Positions 62,249 through 64,000 of a stretch of DNA of 64,000 bases are shown here, piece after piece. This DNA is from Amphiscolops sp. MND2022 (taxonomy: Eukaryota), in contig OZ076409.1 of the NCBI GenBank assembly GCA_964187785.1, forward strand, positions 58,902,001 through 58,966,000, read 5' to 3'. Position numbers and translations under genes: made by a program. The notes under the pieces are model-generated. The model was given only the letters and a program-made list of their open reading frames with translations, had not been told where the DNA came from and did not search any database. The number at the start of each line of letters is the position of its first letter. Position 1 is the first letter of the stretch.

Positions 62249-64000
62249 GGTCACTATGCGAGAGCATGCAGCCAAAGAATTAACAAGAACGGAACGGTGA
62301 GAAAGCTTACTGAAGCTGAAGAAACGAATGAATGGAACGAATCAATGAGTGAGTCAGATGAGAGTACAAACCATTTAGAAGAGATAAAGACAATCGAAGA
62401 CAGATGAGAACAATACACAGCAGTGGTACGAATAAACGGGATAACAAGAAAGAATTAATATTGGATACTGGATCACCAGTAACAATTATGCCACCAGACA
62501 AGCGAATAATGGAAAAAATCAAAATTCGGAAAATAACAAACCAATATCGAAACGTTAACAAGAATGAAGAGACGTTTCGGGAGTAAATACCGGTAAACAT
62601 TTAATATGAAAACAACAGGCAAAAGATGGAAATACTGATTCGAACGGATATAAAACCACTACTCGGAATGGACTGGATGAGAAAAATCAAACTGACAATT
62701 GGAAGAGTACAATTGGTCGAAAACAACCAATCAGGAAACGAGAAAGTATTTAGAATGTTTCCGGACTTGTTTGAGAACAACCGAACTATAAAAGAAGCAG
62801 AAACAAACAGAAAACACAATCCGGGACAGCTATACAGCAAAACAGAAAACCAGAACGAAATCACTACACTTGCAAGATGTGGGGAGATATTTAGAAAAAC
62901 TAATCAAAGCAGGACTTTTACAGAAAAGAAATAACGTGGATGAAGACTGTTTCATATCGCCTGTTGTAATTACAGTGCAGAACGATAATTCGCACTAGAT
63001 TCCTGGAAACTGGACGATAGCTGTAAAAACAGAAGATCACAGACCACAAACATGGAGGAACTAGTGAATGAGGTATCGATGGAAATTACAAGAGACCTAA
63101 TAGTACAACTATTTACTTCAAAAATCGATTTGGATTATGCATACAGACAAATGAAGGTGTCCGGAGAAACGACTGCCAACCACGTGTATTCGCAATCATC
63201 GTAGCAGCGGACATTACCGATTCAAAAAAAGTTTCACGGACTTCCCGATTTACCGAGAGTTTTTCAAGAAAAAATCGACTGACATTGGAATACAGTACAC
63301 CGGCCTGGTTAGACGACATGATAATAGTGACACGTGGAAGCCAACAAGATCATGATCAAAAACTATTGGACGTACTGTCTAAACTTGAAATACCCGGATA
63401 CAGAATTGAATTCAATTTGAAGCTCAAACAGAGAAAGTGGCTGGGCCACGAAATCGAAAGACCAAACACAGAATCAAACCGAATGAAGAAAAAGTCAAAA
63501 CGATAGCGAAATTGAAATCACCGAACAACTCAAAAGAACTAAAGTTCTTTTTAGGTGCTATCCAACACTTAGAAAAATTCTTTCTGAAAGTATTGGAGAT
63601 GACAGGCAGACTCAGAAAAATATTGAAAATGAACGAACATTGGGAGTGGGGAGATGATCAAAAAAAAGATTTTAACCGAATCAAACGGATGCTAACCGCA
63701 AAATTTTGCTTAGTCCACTATGCAGAAGATAGAGAAAATATGGATGATTACAACAGACGCAATCAAAACACACTCGGAACTACATTTTGTCAGTAACAAG
63801 ACAACAGGGAAAGTAAACCGATCGCATTCGGTAGCAGATACTAAAACGATACCGAAAAGAAATATTTTATCTGTGGATTGGAATTTTGGCGCTAATTTGG
63901 AGCTTTTAAAAAGTTTAGTTTCTACCTTCACGGAATGAATGTACTGTTAGATACAGATCATCAAACATTAGAACCGCTAACAAAACGAAGATGAAGTAGC
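60380..64000 (+). mobile_element. Decayed Ty3/Gypsy gag-pol running off the window
   Basis: CPA..SNCNECG knuckle; LILDTGSPVTIMP (protease); SKIDLDYAY and AWLDDMII (RT); ITTDA (RNase H). Confidence 0.85.

Overview
AT-rich eukaryotic (probably invertebrate animal) DNA made almost entirely of transposable elements and their debris; no intact host gene was found. The main content is three members of one unusual Ty3/Gypsy LTR-retrotransposon lineage. Element A is at 22053-38365 (+), with 1.7-kb LTRs and TSD GATAC. Element B is at 41793-55548 (-), with TSD GAAAG/GTAAG. An older solo LTR (21153-22052 + 38371-39054, TSD CCATG) was split when A inserted into it. Besides gag and pol, A and B both carry (i) an antisense, GT-AG intron-containing gene of ~1150 codons that is colinear with a hAT transposase but appears to lack the catalytic residues, and (ii) a divergently oriented sense ORF with SIM-like acidic motifs and a CxxC that runs through the PPT into the LTR. 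Gag starts ~185 codons inside the LTR and reads through the PBS. The LTRs share a hairpin with a conserved loop and different but still pairing stems. The rest of the window holds two hAT elements with TSDs, a LINE RT fragment, two decayed Gypsy elements of another family, four Helentron-associated (HINE/DINE-1-like) elements, CMC-like MITEs, a Tc1 fragment and several palindromes. All family assignments come from motif recognition by eye; no searches were run.
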